From NCBI GenBank assembly GCA_043228905.1, contig JBHGNT010000011.1:12462001-12526000 (forward strand): a stretch of DNA of 64,000 bases, in the 5' to 3' direction. Numbering within the stretch: position 1 is the stretch's first letter; each line of letters begins with the position of its first letter. This document shows positions 25,601 through 39,000 of this stretch, piece after piece. Source of the DNA: Azolla caroliniana (Eukaryota > Plantae > Polypodiophyta). A program made the position numbers and the translations under genes. The notes below the pieces were generated by a model that worked only from the letters and a program-made list of their open reading frames with translations, ran no database searches and was not told the origin of the DNA.

Positions 25601-28284
25601 TCAAAAAAATCTAATTGGTGAAAATGAAATAGAAATAGTTATAATGAGTGAAGTTAATAAATGGTGTCAATATTGAAATTTATGGGGTGTTTGTGTGTGA
25701 CATTGGCTCGGCTCGACCTGATCAAAGTTATAATGAAAGTCATACTCTTTGAGCTGGTTGAGCCGAGCCAATATCATACACTTTCAACATCCCTTCAACA
25801 CACCCACTTCCTTGTATTCACAAACTCATAACATTACATTTATATAGACGATTGCACTCCCAAGCTAAAACACTTTATGAATTCCTTTATTTTTTATAAT
25901 CCTTCTCCCTAGTTGCTCATGGCCCAATGCCTTGTTCCATTCACGAAGTTCCAAAAGAATCAAAACCTATATAGCCTTCCAACTCGTTAGGTATACTCAA
26001 CTTACCTCATGTAATTATTCATTCTCCATTATAATATTTCTTACAATAATCTCATAGCATAAATGTTTGTCAATCCATGAGTCTCCAGTATTAATATAAT
26101 TTTTAATTTACCTTAGGCCTATGTGTGCTAGAGTTGCCACTCTATTGTAGGTCATAGGACTAATAGGATTAATGTAGTTCTTTTGAATTAATATACATTT
26201 GGGTAGTTAGGCTTGTCAACTATAAAGACAACTTTATATATTTACTGGAATAAAAATTGAAACAATAGGACTCTCAACACACATTTTAATGTTACTGGCT
26301 TTTCTCAATCGACAAAATATTCGAACTTGAAGTTTTTGATGGTTCTTGTTTTCTGATGGTCCTTGTAACTTGCTCTGTTCAATCTTTTAGGACACTTTTA
26401 TATTTTCATATCCTTTTTGCTACAATTTGAATGTTTTATTTTCTTTTTTACTTCCTTTCAAATTTAACAAGATTGTCTGACGACATTTCAAAGTAAAGGA
26501 AATTGCTTAGTACAATGCATGCAAATATGTATAGCTTAACACTCATTACGAGGAAACATGTTACACACATGTAAAACTTGTCTTACACATATTATAGAAC
26601 TTCATTTACGTGTCCAACCTATGCTCAACACTGTATCCAAAATAGGACTTAACAACTTCAAATATCATGTGTACCTCACAACTAATTGTAGTGAACATAT
26701 AATATTCCAATGGTCATGAAAGCATCACCACACTAAGTATTCTATAGATTGATTGAATGCTTTCCTCTCTTTCTTTAATCTCAGCTACATGCATCTTGCC
26801 TCATTTTGTTGTCTCGGTCATACACATCCCATCTTGTCATGAGCATTTTCTAATGCTTTAAGTGACAAAATTACAAAAATTTATTCAATTAATGTATATT
26901 GTTTGTAAGTCTCAGAAACTTTTTAATTCATATAGACTACCTTTCTTATGGATAACTGTTAATCACTTGCTCGAGTAGTATTTTGCCTTGATTTTTGGAC
27001 AAATTGATAATATATTGATAAATTATATTAGTCTATGTGCATGTGTACTAGATAGATGTGATATTACATCAGGGATGCATAGCAATCCTTATCCCTTACT
27101 TTCAAGATAACCATTCACTTGTATAATGTAAAATTGTAAATCATGATGTGACCTCGAGAGTTTTCAGTCGTGACCCATTCACAATGAGATTACAATCTTG
27201 CATGATGTAGTTTATTGTAGGATATTTGTGCGCACATGTTTGAGGAAGGAAATTTGACCTATTGAGTAAAGAAAGTGCCAAAATATATTAACTATACAAT
27301 GTTTACTAGGATATTACTCCAACTCATTATGATCAGATTCAAGCAATAACAATGGTTCAGTTATAAGGGCAAGTGTGTATGCATTAAAGAAAGAAAACAT
27401 GGAATAAGTGATTCTAGTGTTTTGGCATAGTAGCTTGTGTAGAAATGAAATTTACAACTATAAGTCATTCTTACCATTGTTTGTGTCAAGATGGACGATC
27501 TGGAGTAACACAATTTCTATATTGAAAGAGTAAAAAGAAATATGCTACTACAAAATCATGAAGACATTACATGCTAATAAGCAGTGCGAAATCATTTCTT
27601 TATACATCTTATTAAACAGTAGTTTGAACCTCCACAAGTTAGGTTTTGAGGTGTGCTTATGCCGAACCTTCAAAAACATGTTTTAAAACTCAAGTATTAA
27701 TGGTTGAAGTCTTGACTGATAGATTTGAATTTTGGTTCATTGTAAAAGTCATTGCGGTCTATGTTTTAGATAATGTGCACTAAGAACTTAAAATATGGTT
27801 TTAAATTTACTTTCGGCAAATTAGGTGTTGAAAAGAGTATTATTGCCTAAAAAATGAAATTGTTCGGAAGTAAATATATATATTTTTGAAATTTACTTCC
27901 TAAATAAAGAAAAAGCAACGTGCTAACATACTAAAAAAGGAAATAAATTTGTAGGTTGGTAGTTTAGATGAACATGTGTTGGGGATGAAAATAAGAATTG
28001 ACAATGGTTCAATTTCGGCTTATTTGGTTTGGCCTTGTCCCAACCAAACCAATTAAGCCTTAACTGGTTTGAGATTTTTCAAACTTGAATCAAACCGATT
28101 CCTAAACTGAACAAGGCTTAACTGGTTGATGCTAAATAAGTTTATAACCGATTTGCCAAAACCATCTAAACCTTAGCTAGTTTAGGAATGTGTTTATGTT
28201 CGGCATGAGCCTCCCAAACTAAGCTTAAACTGGTTAAGGAGGCTCAAGCTTGAATTGAGCCGAGCCGCCAAACCATTTAAAACC

Positions 28285-28311
28285 GGTTTAGGGTTTAGGG
28301 TTTAGGGTTTA
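28285..28311 (+). repeat. Short interstitial plant telomere repeat (TTTAGGG)3+
   Basis: GGTTTAGGGTTTAGGGTTTAGGGTTTA. Confidence 0.8.
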
Positions 28312-28362
28312 TATTGCATGTGCATATGTATGTTTTATATTGCATGTGTTTGTATGAATGTG

Positions 28363-28397
<35 letters not shown>

Positions 28398-29648
28398 ATA
28401 TATGTGCATATGTATGTATTGCATTGCATGTGTATATATGTATGTGTGTGAGAGTATATATTCTATACATGTGCATATGTATGTATTCTATTGCATGTGT
28501 GTATGTATGTATGTGTTTGTGTCTGTGTGTGTATTTCTTTTACATACCTGTAAATGTTTTATGAACAGTAGTTGTGGCAGCAGCTACAGAGGATAGAGGC
28601 GACCAATGGCGGCACAACGAGGCGAGGTAAGGCGGCACAACAAGGCGAGGTAAGGCGGCACAACAAGGTGAGCAGAGGCGGCAATGACAATACGAAGAGA
28701 ACAAAGGAAATTGCAAGGAGAGTAGAGGCAACAAAAACGAGAAGAATAGAGGCAACACCAAAGAGGAGAACAAAGGCGGCAAAACCATGAGAGTAGAGGA
28801 GGCGGCATTAGGCGGCAAAATGAGGCGGCAAAACTCAAAATTAAAAAATGTGAATGTATCAATGTTATGTTGACTATGAATGTATGTATCTATGAGTGAA
28901 TGAATATATGAAATTTGAATGCATGAATATATGTATACATGTATGAATATATGTATGCTTGCATGAATGTATGTATGTATATGTATATGTATATAATGTA
29001 CATATGTAATGTATGTATGAATGAATATATATATTGTGGTGTGTATGTGCACAATATGTATACATACATATGTGTATATATCTAATATATAATATGTAAT
29101 GTATGTATGAATGAATATATATACGTGTGTAATGTATGAATGTAGAATGCGCATATATGTAATATGTAATGTATGTATGTGGATGTTTGTTTGTAATATG
29201 TGTGTAATATGTATGTATATATGTACATATTCTAGTTTGTATGACCCCATGTGACCTACATATATGCTGATATGTGGAATATGTATGTATGTATGTGTAT
29301 GAGTGTATGTTTGTAAAATTTATACACATATCATTGTAACCATAAATATGTATATACGTGTAGCAATGTATAAATGAATATATGCATGTCCATGTATGAA
29401 TGTACATATGTGTATGAATATGTAATGTATGTATATTTGTATGTGAATGCATATGTGCATATATGTGTGTGTGTGGATGTTTGTTTGTAATATGTATGTA
29501 TGTGTATGTGTAATATATATATATATATATATATATACGTATGTGTGTATATCTAATTATGTATGTATGTGTATGTATATGTATGTATAAAAGATTATAT
29601 GTGTGTCCATGTACGAAAGTACATATGTGTATGCATATATGCATAGTA

Positions 29649-29696
<48 letters not shown>

Positions 29697-30257
29697 CATA
29701 TATCCATATGACAATGTACATGATTCAATTTGTTTGGGTGTGTGATTGTAATATGTGCATAATATTTATGTACATATATATCTAATGTATGTATATGTAG
29801 TAATGTATAAATGAATATAGGTATGTCCATGTATGAATGTACATATGTGTATGCATATGCAATGTATGTATGTTCATGCATGAATGTACATATGTGTATA
29901 TATGTAATATGTAATGTATGTATGTGTAACAGTGGTTGCATATATTCGTACATGAGTGTGTGGTATATATGTATTTATTGTAGTTGGTGATGATATATAT
30001 GTACATATGTAATGTATGTATGCATGTGTATGTAATGTATTTATGTGTATAGATGTTTGTTTGTAAAACTTATAACATTGCAGGCATATGTACGTATATA
30101 TATGGTGATATGTGGAACATGTATGTACATATGTAATGTATGTATGTGTATGCATATATGTATATGTCAATATACATCATTCAATGAGTATGAATGTGTT
30201 TGTAATATGTGCATAATATGTATGTATATATCCAATGTGTGTGTGTGTATGTATGTA

Positions 30258-30289
<32 letters not shown>

Positions 30290-31664
30290 TATGTGGTCAT
30301 ATGTATGTAAATGTATGAATGTATGTATGTGTATATATGTAATGTATTTATGTATGTATATTTTTGGGATATTTTCATCTTTAGTATGCATATGGCTCGT
30401 ATATGGATGTATGTTTGTAATATGCATGTATATATCCAATGTATGTGTAAGTATACATATATCTAATGTGTGTGTGTGTGTGTGTGTATGTAAGTATTGT
30501 GGTTTGTATGGTCCAATATAATCTATATATATGGTGATATGTGGAATATATATGTACATATTTAATATATATATGTATGTGTAAATTTGTATATTTGTAA
30601 TAGGTATGGATTATATGCTATGTAATATCTAATTTATTTATGTGTGTGTGCACGTGTATATACATAATATACATATATGTAACTTGTTTGTAAATTGTAA
30701 ATATGAAGATTTGTATACATATAATATGTAATCTTAGGTATTAATATGTATGTGTATGTGTACATATATAATATATAATATATAATATGTAATTTAATTT
30801 TTGTGTTTTGTATGTATATATGCATTTGTGTATGTATATATGTAATTTTATTGCATGTATTATGTATATATGTTTTTACTTTCGATGAATTGGTAAATAC
30901 CCTATTTTTGTTGTAAACCAATTGTCTCATGGGCCAATTTTGGTCTTAGAAGACGTTAATATATATATATTTCTTTCTTTCAATATATATGGCTGATTCT
31001 AATATGTATGCAGTATATAATGCATGTATGTATGTGTATGTACATATTTACATATGGTAATATATATTTGTACATATATTTATGTTTAGTCAATATGCTC
31101 GTATAAATGGGTGTAATGTATGTATATACATATTCATGGATGTAATGTCTGAATGTAGGTATATATGCATGTATGTGGTATGCATATGTGATGTGTGTGT
31201 ATGTATGTACATATTGTATTGTATTTTATGTATAGAATGTGTGTATATGTGTATATATATAATATGTAATTTATTTATTTTTGTTTGGTTTGTACATTTG
31301 CATTTGTATAAAATTGTGTGTATAATAATATATGTGTGTAATATGTAATATATAAAATATGTTTGTAAATTGTAAAAATGTGTATACATACATACATATA
31401 TATATAATATGTAATTTTTATGTATGTATTATGTATATATGTATGTCAATATATATGGCCGATTCTAATATGTATGTAGTATGTAATGCATGTATGTACG
31501 TGTATGTACATATTTACATATGGTCATATATATTTGTACATATATTTATGTTTAGTCAGTATGCATGTATAAATGGGTGTAATGTACATATATACATATT
31601 CATGGATGTAATGTTTGAATGTAGGTATATATGGATGCATGCATGTCTATGTATTTATGTATGT
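28312..31664. repeat. Degenerate compound (TG/TA/TATG)n microsatellite field with a purine-rich insert (28560-28850, 23-bp repeats) and an internal ~200-bp duplication
   Basis: Direct reading; ~30985-31175 resembles ~31450-31640. Confidence 0.9.
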
Positions 31665-31689
31665 GGGTGAAAGCATGCGAGTGGAAACA
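31665..31689 (+). repeat. Left TIR
   Basis: GGGTGAAAGCATGCGAGTGGAAACA. Confidence 0.92.
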
Positions 31690-32017
31690 ATTAGCTATGT
31701 CCTTGACATAGCTAATTAGCTATGCAAAAAGCTACCATTGATAAATAGTCATTTTAGTAAAAAGCCATCATTAATAAATTAAGTATGCAAAAAACTACCA
31801 TTGAAAATACTAGAGTGTTTTAATTACATATGTAAATGAGTGCCATAAATATGCAACATAAATTGATGTGTGCACCATAAATGTGTACCATAAATTATAT
31901 ATCGAATTCCTAGGTCCATTATGCATGATCCTTTGCCACATCACGTAGGCCATCTCTAGTTGAGTACTGTGGGTTAGTTGCTACCACTGTTGCTAAACCC
32001 TATCGAGTCCACCTACC

Positions 32018-32760
32018 GCCACTCTACACTGAGGGGCCGCTACTGTGCGTTCCAAGCATCATCAAAGAGCTGCTCAATCTGACGGGGTTCTCTTCTCTGT
32101 GACACTCTACACTCAGGGGCCACTACTGTGCATTCCAAGCATCATCAAAGAGCTGTTCAATCTGACGGGGTTCTCTTCTCTGTGCCACTCTACACTGAGG
32201 GGCCATTACTGTGCGTTCCAAGCATCATCAAAGAGCTGTTCAATCTGAGGGGGTTCTCTTCTCTGTGCCACTCTACACTCAGGGGCCATTACTGTGCGTT
32301 CCAAGCATCATCAAAGAGCTGTTCAATCTGAGGGGGTTCTCTTCTCTGTGCCACTCTACACTCAGGGGCCGCTGCTGTGCGTTCCAAGCATCATCAAAGA
32401 GCTGTTCAATCTGACGGGGTTCTCTTCTCTTTGCCACTCTACACTTAGGGGTTGCTACTGTGCGTTCCAAGCATAATCATTGGTAACTGTTCAATCTGAC
32501 GGGGTTCTCTTCTCTTTTCCACTCTCACTCAGGGGCCGCTACTGTGCGTTTCAAGCATCATTGGTAACTGTTCAATCTGACGGGGTTCTCTTCTCTTTTC
32601 CACTCTCACTCAGGGGCCGCTACTGTGCGTTTCAAGCATCATTGGTAACTGTTCAATCTGACGGGGTTCTCTTCTCTATGCCACTCTATTCTCAAGTGCC
32701 TTCTATGTGCGTTTCAAGCATCATCGGTAACTGTTCAATCTGACGGGGTTCTCTCCTCCA
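32018..32760 (+). repeat. 83-bp subterminal tandem repeat (~9 units), copy B
   Basis: Period of 83 visible from repeated ORF starts at 32045, 32128, 32211 and 32294. Confidence 0.95.
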
Positions 32761-33089
32761 TTGCCATCATTCTATACTCAGTTGCCACTACTGTCCAGTC
32801 CCGGATTGCTTCCACATTTCGATTTGACGGAGTTCACTCATCCAACGGCAACATTCTACACTCAGTTGTTGCCATTGGTCGGTCTTGGATCGCCTCCACA
32901 ACTGTTGGATCCAACAGAGTGAAATCCTCTACTGTTCGGTCTTGGATTGCAATAACTTTTCTGTCTATTGATTATCTTGTGTATTGTTGTGTCTAATCTT
33001 GTGTATTGTGTGGAATATTTTTGTGTATTGTTGTTGCCCATAGCCATCTTTAATACTTGTTTTTTTTTCTGGAAATTTAGGGTTTTAAC

Positions 33090-36000
33090 ATGTCTAGCCA
33101 AATGGAAGGGGAAGAAGGGTGTTTAGAATTACCCCTCAATGATCATAAGGATAGGGATGATGTTATCAGGACACAACAAGCCATACGAAACTATTGGGCA
33201 GAAAAAAAAAGGAAACATCGTCAATTGTTGAAGGATACGATGTCGTGCCTTTCGGCTCCGGATCGTTTGCGTGAGTCAGGTGGGAACCACTGGGGTTTTG
33301 GACTAGGAAGAGGAGAGTTTTAAGGCTAATAAGAATATAAATATGTTGTAAGAAAGAGTTATAGCAAACTCGTGAATCCCACGAGTGTATTGTATTTGAT
33401 TAATCAATATGTTCATATAAGAATATAAATTTGGGTTGAAAGAGAATGATATAGAATCCTCGTGAATCCCACGAGTATAGTTTATTAATTGGTGTTTTTT
33501 AGAAACATATCCAGTTTCCAAATATTTTTCACACACAATTACATTGTGCTCCCCATCCTTATGTAGTGATGAGGAAGTCTTAGTAATCCATGCTTTTTCT
33601 CTAACTATAGACCCCATGCTTTTCCTATAGATAGACTATATGCTTTATCTAAAGTGATCATGCTTTTTTCTAACTTGTGCGTTTTTTATCATTCACGCTA
33701 GATGTGTATGTGTAGCTTTTTCTTTTGTTATGCGTTTTTCTAATGTTTATCCTAGCGTGAATTTACCTTTCTATGTGGGACATCTATGCTTTAACATTAA
33801 TGAAATGTTAGTGTAATGGTAAGACATTACATTATTAACATGGAGGTGCAAGGTTCGAATCTTGCCCTATGCATGTTCCATTTATTTTGTTATTTTCTTC
33901 TATTTCTTCATTTTTTATTGAATCTAATACTATATACGTTTTTCATGTACACTACTGTGTCGTGCCTTTCGGCTCCGGATCGTTTGCGTGAGTCAGGTGG
34001 GAACCACTGGGGTTTTGGACTAGGAAGAGGAGAGTTTTAAGGCTAATAAGAATATAAATATGTTGTAAGAAAGAGTTATAGCAAACTCGTGAATCCCACG
34101 AGTGTATTGTATTTGATTAATCAATATGTTCATATAAGAATATAAATTTGGGTTGAAAGAGAATGATATAGAATCCTCGTGAATCCCACGAGTATAGTTT
34201 ATTAATTGGTGTTTTTTAGAAACATATCCAGTTTCCAAATATTTTTCACACACAATTACATTGTGCTCCCCATCCTTATGTAGTGATGAGGAAGTCTTAG
34301 TAATCCATGCTTTTTCTCTAACTATAGACCCCATGCTTTTCCTATAGATAGACTATATGCTTTATCTAAAGTGATCATGCTTTTTTCTAACTTGTGCGTT
34401 TTTTATCATGCACGCTAGATGTGTATGTGTAGCTTTTTCTTTTGTTATGCGTTTTTCTAATGTTTATCCTAGCGTGAATTTACCTTTCTATGTGGGACAT
34501 CTATGCTTTAACATTAATGAAATGTTAGTGTAATGGTAAGACATTACATTATTAACATGGAGGTGCAAGGTTCGAATCTTGCCCTATGCATGTTCCATTT
34601 ATTTTGTTATTTTCTTCTATTTCTTCATTTTTTATTGAATCTAATACTATATACGTTTTTCATGTACACTACTGTGTCGTGCCTTTCGGCTCCGGATCGT
34701 TTGCGTGAGTCAGGTGGGAACCACTGGGGTTTTGGACTAGGAAGAGGAGAGTTTTAAGGCTAATAAGAATATAAATATGTTGTAAGAAAGAGTTATAGCA
34801 AACTCGTGAATCCCACGAGTGTATTGTATTTGATTAATCAATATGTTCATATAAGAATATAAATTTGGGTTGAAAGAGAATGATATAGAATCCTCGTGAA
34901 TCCCACGAGTATAGTTTATTAATTGGTGTTTTTTAGAAACATATCCAGTTTCCAAATATTTTTCACACACAATTACATTGTGCTCCCCATCCTTATGTAG
35001 TGATGAGGAAGTCTTAGTAATCCATGCTTTTTCTCTAACTATAGACCCCATGCTTTTCCTATAGATAGACTATATGCTTTATCTAAAGTGATCATGCTTT
35101 TTTCTAACTTGTGCGTTTTTTATCATGCACGCTAGATGTGTATGTGTAGCTTTTTCTTTTGTTATGCGTTTTTCTAATGTTTATCCTAGCGTGAATTTAC
35201 CTTTCTATGTGGGACATCTATGCTTTAACATTAATGAAATGTTAGTGTAATGGTAAGACATTACATTATTAACATGGAGGTGCAAGGTTCGAATCTTGCC
35301 CTATGCATGTTCCATTTATTTTGTTATTTTCTTCTATTTCTTCATTTTTTATTGAATCTAATACTATATACGTTTTTCATGTACACTACTGTGTCGTGCC
35401 TTTCGGCTCCGGATCGTTTGCGTGAGTCAGGTGGGAACCACTGGGGTTTTGGACTAGGAAGAGGAGAGTTTTAAGGCTAATAAGAATATAAATATGTTGT
35501 AAGAAAGAGTTATAGCAAACTCGTGAATCCCACGAGTGTATTGTATTTGATTAATCAATATGTTCATATAAGAATATAAATTTGGGTTGAAAGAGAATGA
35601 TATAGAATCCTCGTGAATCCCACGAGTATAGTTTATTAATTGGTGTTTTTTAGAAACATATCCAGTTTCCAAATATTTTTCACACACAATTACATTGTGC
35701 TCCCCATCCTTATGTAGTGATGAGGAAGTCTTAGTAATCCATGCTTTTTCTCTAACTATAGACCCCATGCTTTTCCTATAGATAGACTATATGCTTTATC
35801 TAAAGTGATCATGCTTTTTTCTAACTTGTGCGTTTTTTATCATGCACGCTAGATGTGTATGTGTAGCTTTTTCTTTTGTTATGCGTTTTTCTAATGTTTA
35901 TCCTAGCGTGAATTTACCTTTCTATGTGGGACATCTATGCTTTAACATTAATGAAATGTTAGTGTAATGGTAAGACATTACATTATTAACATGGAGGTGC

Positions 36001-39000
36001 AAGGTTCGAATCTTGCCCTATGCATGTTCCATTTATTTTGTTATTTTCTTCTATTTCTTCATTTTTTATTGAATCTAATACTATATACGTTTTTCACGTA
36101 GTGTACAAAATACACTACGACACTCACCCCCTCCAAACCCGCACATCCTCCGGTATGTGCCGAAGTTGTTGGTGTTTGTTAGTCTCCTCCGTCCGGTCTC
36201 TACCCGATTGGTTTCGTTGCCGGCTCGTAGTACCCTCGACTTCTCTTGTTATGTTGACTTTGTCTCTCCATTTGGAGCACATCCATTCTTTCCACCCGAA
36301 CCATTGTCGACATCCGATCCACCATAGTCTTCGTTCGCTTTTTGCATGGCCCGCTTGGTCCTTGTCATCCGCGGTAGTATCTTTTCTTGCCTTCTTTCTT
36401 TTCTTCATCAATCTCGACTTCTTTTCGGATTTTCGGTTTAGTCGGATTAGCTTACTTCCGATTCGGTCTCGTCGGATCGTCTTTCGTTTAGTTCGGCTTC
36501 CTTTCCGATTTGTATTCGGTCAATCTGGACTCGGTTGATCGGTTTTTACCGATTCAGTGCTCTTTCGGGTCGGTTTCTTTTCTTTTCTTTTCGTCTGGAT
36601 TTGCTTTCTTTTCTTCGTTTTCACCTGCCTTGTCCGGTTCGACTTTCGGCACTTCTTTCCGTTGTTCGCTACGTAGGTCCTCCGATATGTGCTCGTTGTT
36701 CGGTCCTCGTGTGGTTGTAATGCATGCTTCTTTTCTCGCCGTAGCGCGTGCTTCTTTATTCGCCATAACACGCGTTTCTTTATTCGCCGTAGAGCGTGCT
36801 CTGTATTACGCGCTTCTCCCGTCATAGACCCGACCTCCGCATTGTCGCACTTTCTTTTAGATTGGAATTTCGGATGGATCATTTTCCATCCAAACCGACT
36901 TCCGACTTTACCTTCCTCGCCGCCATCTCCCGTCTCTCCGGTCTCACGTTGGTTCTCGGACACAACCGCCGAAGTCTCTAGATATTGTTGGCATGAATCC
37001 TCGGTATTACCTTCTTTCGTAGTTTCACCCTTAGCATTCTTCTCGGCTATCTCTTCATCGTATTCGTCGGCTTCGACATTCGTTTTCTCTCCGCCACCTT
37101 CCGTCTCTTCGGTCTCACGTTGCCTTTCGATCGCAACCGCCGGAGTCTCTGGAATCAGTGGTGGGGAAGTCTCGATATGGCAATCCGCCATTGATTCGTC
37201 CATAGCCACCTCTGATTCGATTTCGTCGTTTGTGGCTACCTCCTTAATCACATCCGCTTCACACTCTTTATCTGCATCAATTATGCAAACATCTATTATG
37301 CTTACCCCTTTTTGACCCGATGTCTCGGGCACTTGTACCCCGAAATTTCCTTCTACACTTGAATTATCGGCCTTATCCTTCGCCATCGTTCTTTCACAAG
37401 ACGAGTGGGTGTCTTGTTCCACTCTTTCTCCCGTGGTACCATCATGTTGTATTTCGGCCTTCATATTGGCTTCATCGTTTTTCCTCAATCGACCATCCTT
37501 CATGGGCCATGTCGTTGTTGACGAGATTCTCAGCTTCCTTTCATCATGTCTTCGGCATACCCTTTCGACTTTGGCCCAATCCTCGGTAAGGCCGTTCGCA
37601 CCGTCATCATCTTCGAGTTCGATCCCAATGTCCATCCTTTCTTTCCGATCGATCGATCTTACGAACATTAAGACTTTATCTTCTCCCACCAATCTTCGTT
37701 CCCGCTCCGAGAGTCGACCAAAACGATGCTCGAACTCTAGGAACGCTTGCGTTGCACTTCGGTGAGTCTTCTCCGACGCCACCCATTCATCGAATTCTCG
37801 TCGATCTCGTCCCGTCCATCTCTCATAGTCATATGCCTCCCGTAAAGCTTCTTCAAAGGACTCCCATGTCGAGTTTTGTTGTTGTATCTTGTGGATTCTC
37901 CCTTGAAGCCCGTCGGTCGCCACCCGGTTAAAGGATGTTACTTGCAGTCCTTCCGAAGCCCGGCACCGGAGCATCTCCGCCTTGTAGTCCTGCAAATATC
38001 GCGACACATCCTTACCATTAAATTGCCCGTTGCGTTGCACGAGCCGCTCTACTGATGTCGAAATCTCCGACATCGTGCGTTGTTCTTGAAGCATCCGTTC
38101 GAACATCGCCATCATATTGTTAGCTTGTTGAGCCTCCATCTCCTTGCCACCCGTCTTCACGTCGGGTTCACCAACTGTGTCGTGCCTTTCGGCTCCGGAT
38201 CGTTGCGTGAGTCGGGTGGGAACCACCGGGGTTTTGGACTAGGAGGAGGAAGAATTTGAGACTATTATAATTATGAGTAGATTATTAGAAACTTGTGAAT
38301 CCCACAAGTATAATGTATTTTATTGATTAATATTTATGTAAGAATATGTATTTAGATTGATAGAGAAAGATATAGAAATCTCGTGAATCCCACGAGTATA
38401 GTTTGTTAATTGGTGTTTTAGGAAATATATCCAATTTCCCAAATATTTCACACACCTATTACATTGTGCTCCCCATCCTTATGTAGTGATGAGGGAGTCC
38501 ATGCTTTTTTTTTTTTTCTAACTATAGACTCCATGCTTTTCCTATAGATAGACTATATGCTTTATCTAAAGTGATCATGCTTTTTCTAACTTGTGCGTTT
38601 TTTTTATCAACTATAGCGTTCATGCACGCTAGATGTGCATGTGTAGCTTTTTCTTTTAGCATGCGTTTTCTTTTAACTAAAGTTTATCCTAGGTGAACTA
38701 AGCTTTCTATGTGGAACATCTATTTTTAAACACAAATGAAATGCTAGTGTAATGGTAAGACATTACATTATTAACATGGAGGTGCAAGGTTCGAATCTTG
38801 CCCTATGCATGTTATATAAATTTTAATATTTTCTACTATTTATTCATATTTATTAAATTGGTACTTTATAAGTTTTTCACGTAGTGTACAAAATACACTA
38901 CGACAACGAAAGCCACACTCAGTAAAGGTAAGGATAGTTTAGCTGAGAATGTAAGTAATGCGACTACCATCATAGAGAGAAAGGTTGTAGACTATTTCAA

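Larger units (their letters stand above)
33241..38905 (-). mobile_element. Non-autonomous gag-only gypsy-type LTR element with four tandem 3' LTRs
   Basis: TSD ACGA (33237-33240, 38906-38909); 5' LTR 38178-38905; Trp PBS 38156-38173; PPT GGAGGGGGTGAG 36123-36134; no pol. Confidence 0.9.

Noticed and set aside
22650-28000. Possible decayed gene or DNA transposon in AT-rich DNA
   Set aside because: No recognisable motif, long ORF or terminal repeat by eye; needs a translated homology search
28318-31670. His/Tyr/Ile- and Cys/Val/Met-rich ORFs
   Set aside because: Translations of microsatellite DNA
32018-32760. CRISPR-like array
   Set aside because: The units are whole tandem repeats without unique spacers, there are no cas genes, and the context is eukaryotic
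33805-33873. Functional tRNA gene
   Set aside because: Acceptor and anticodon stems do not pair; kept only as a tRNA-like promoter segment
33303-35768. Repeated 104-aa and 74-aa ORFs
   Set aside because: Chance ORFs in identical LTR copies, not conserved in the diverged 5' LTR
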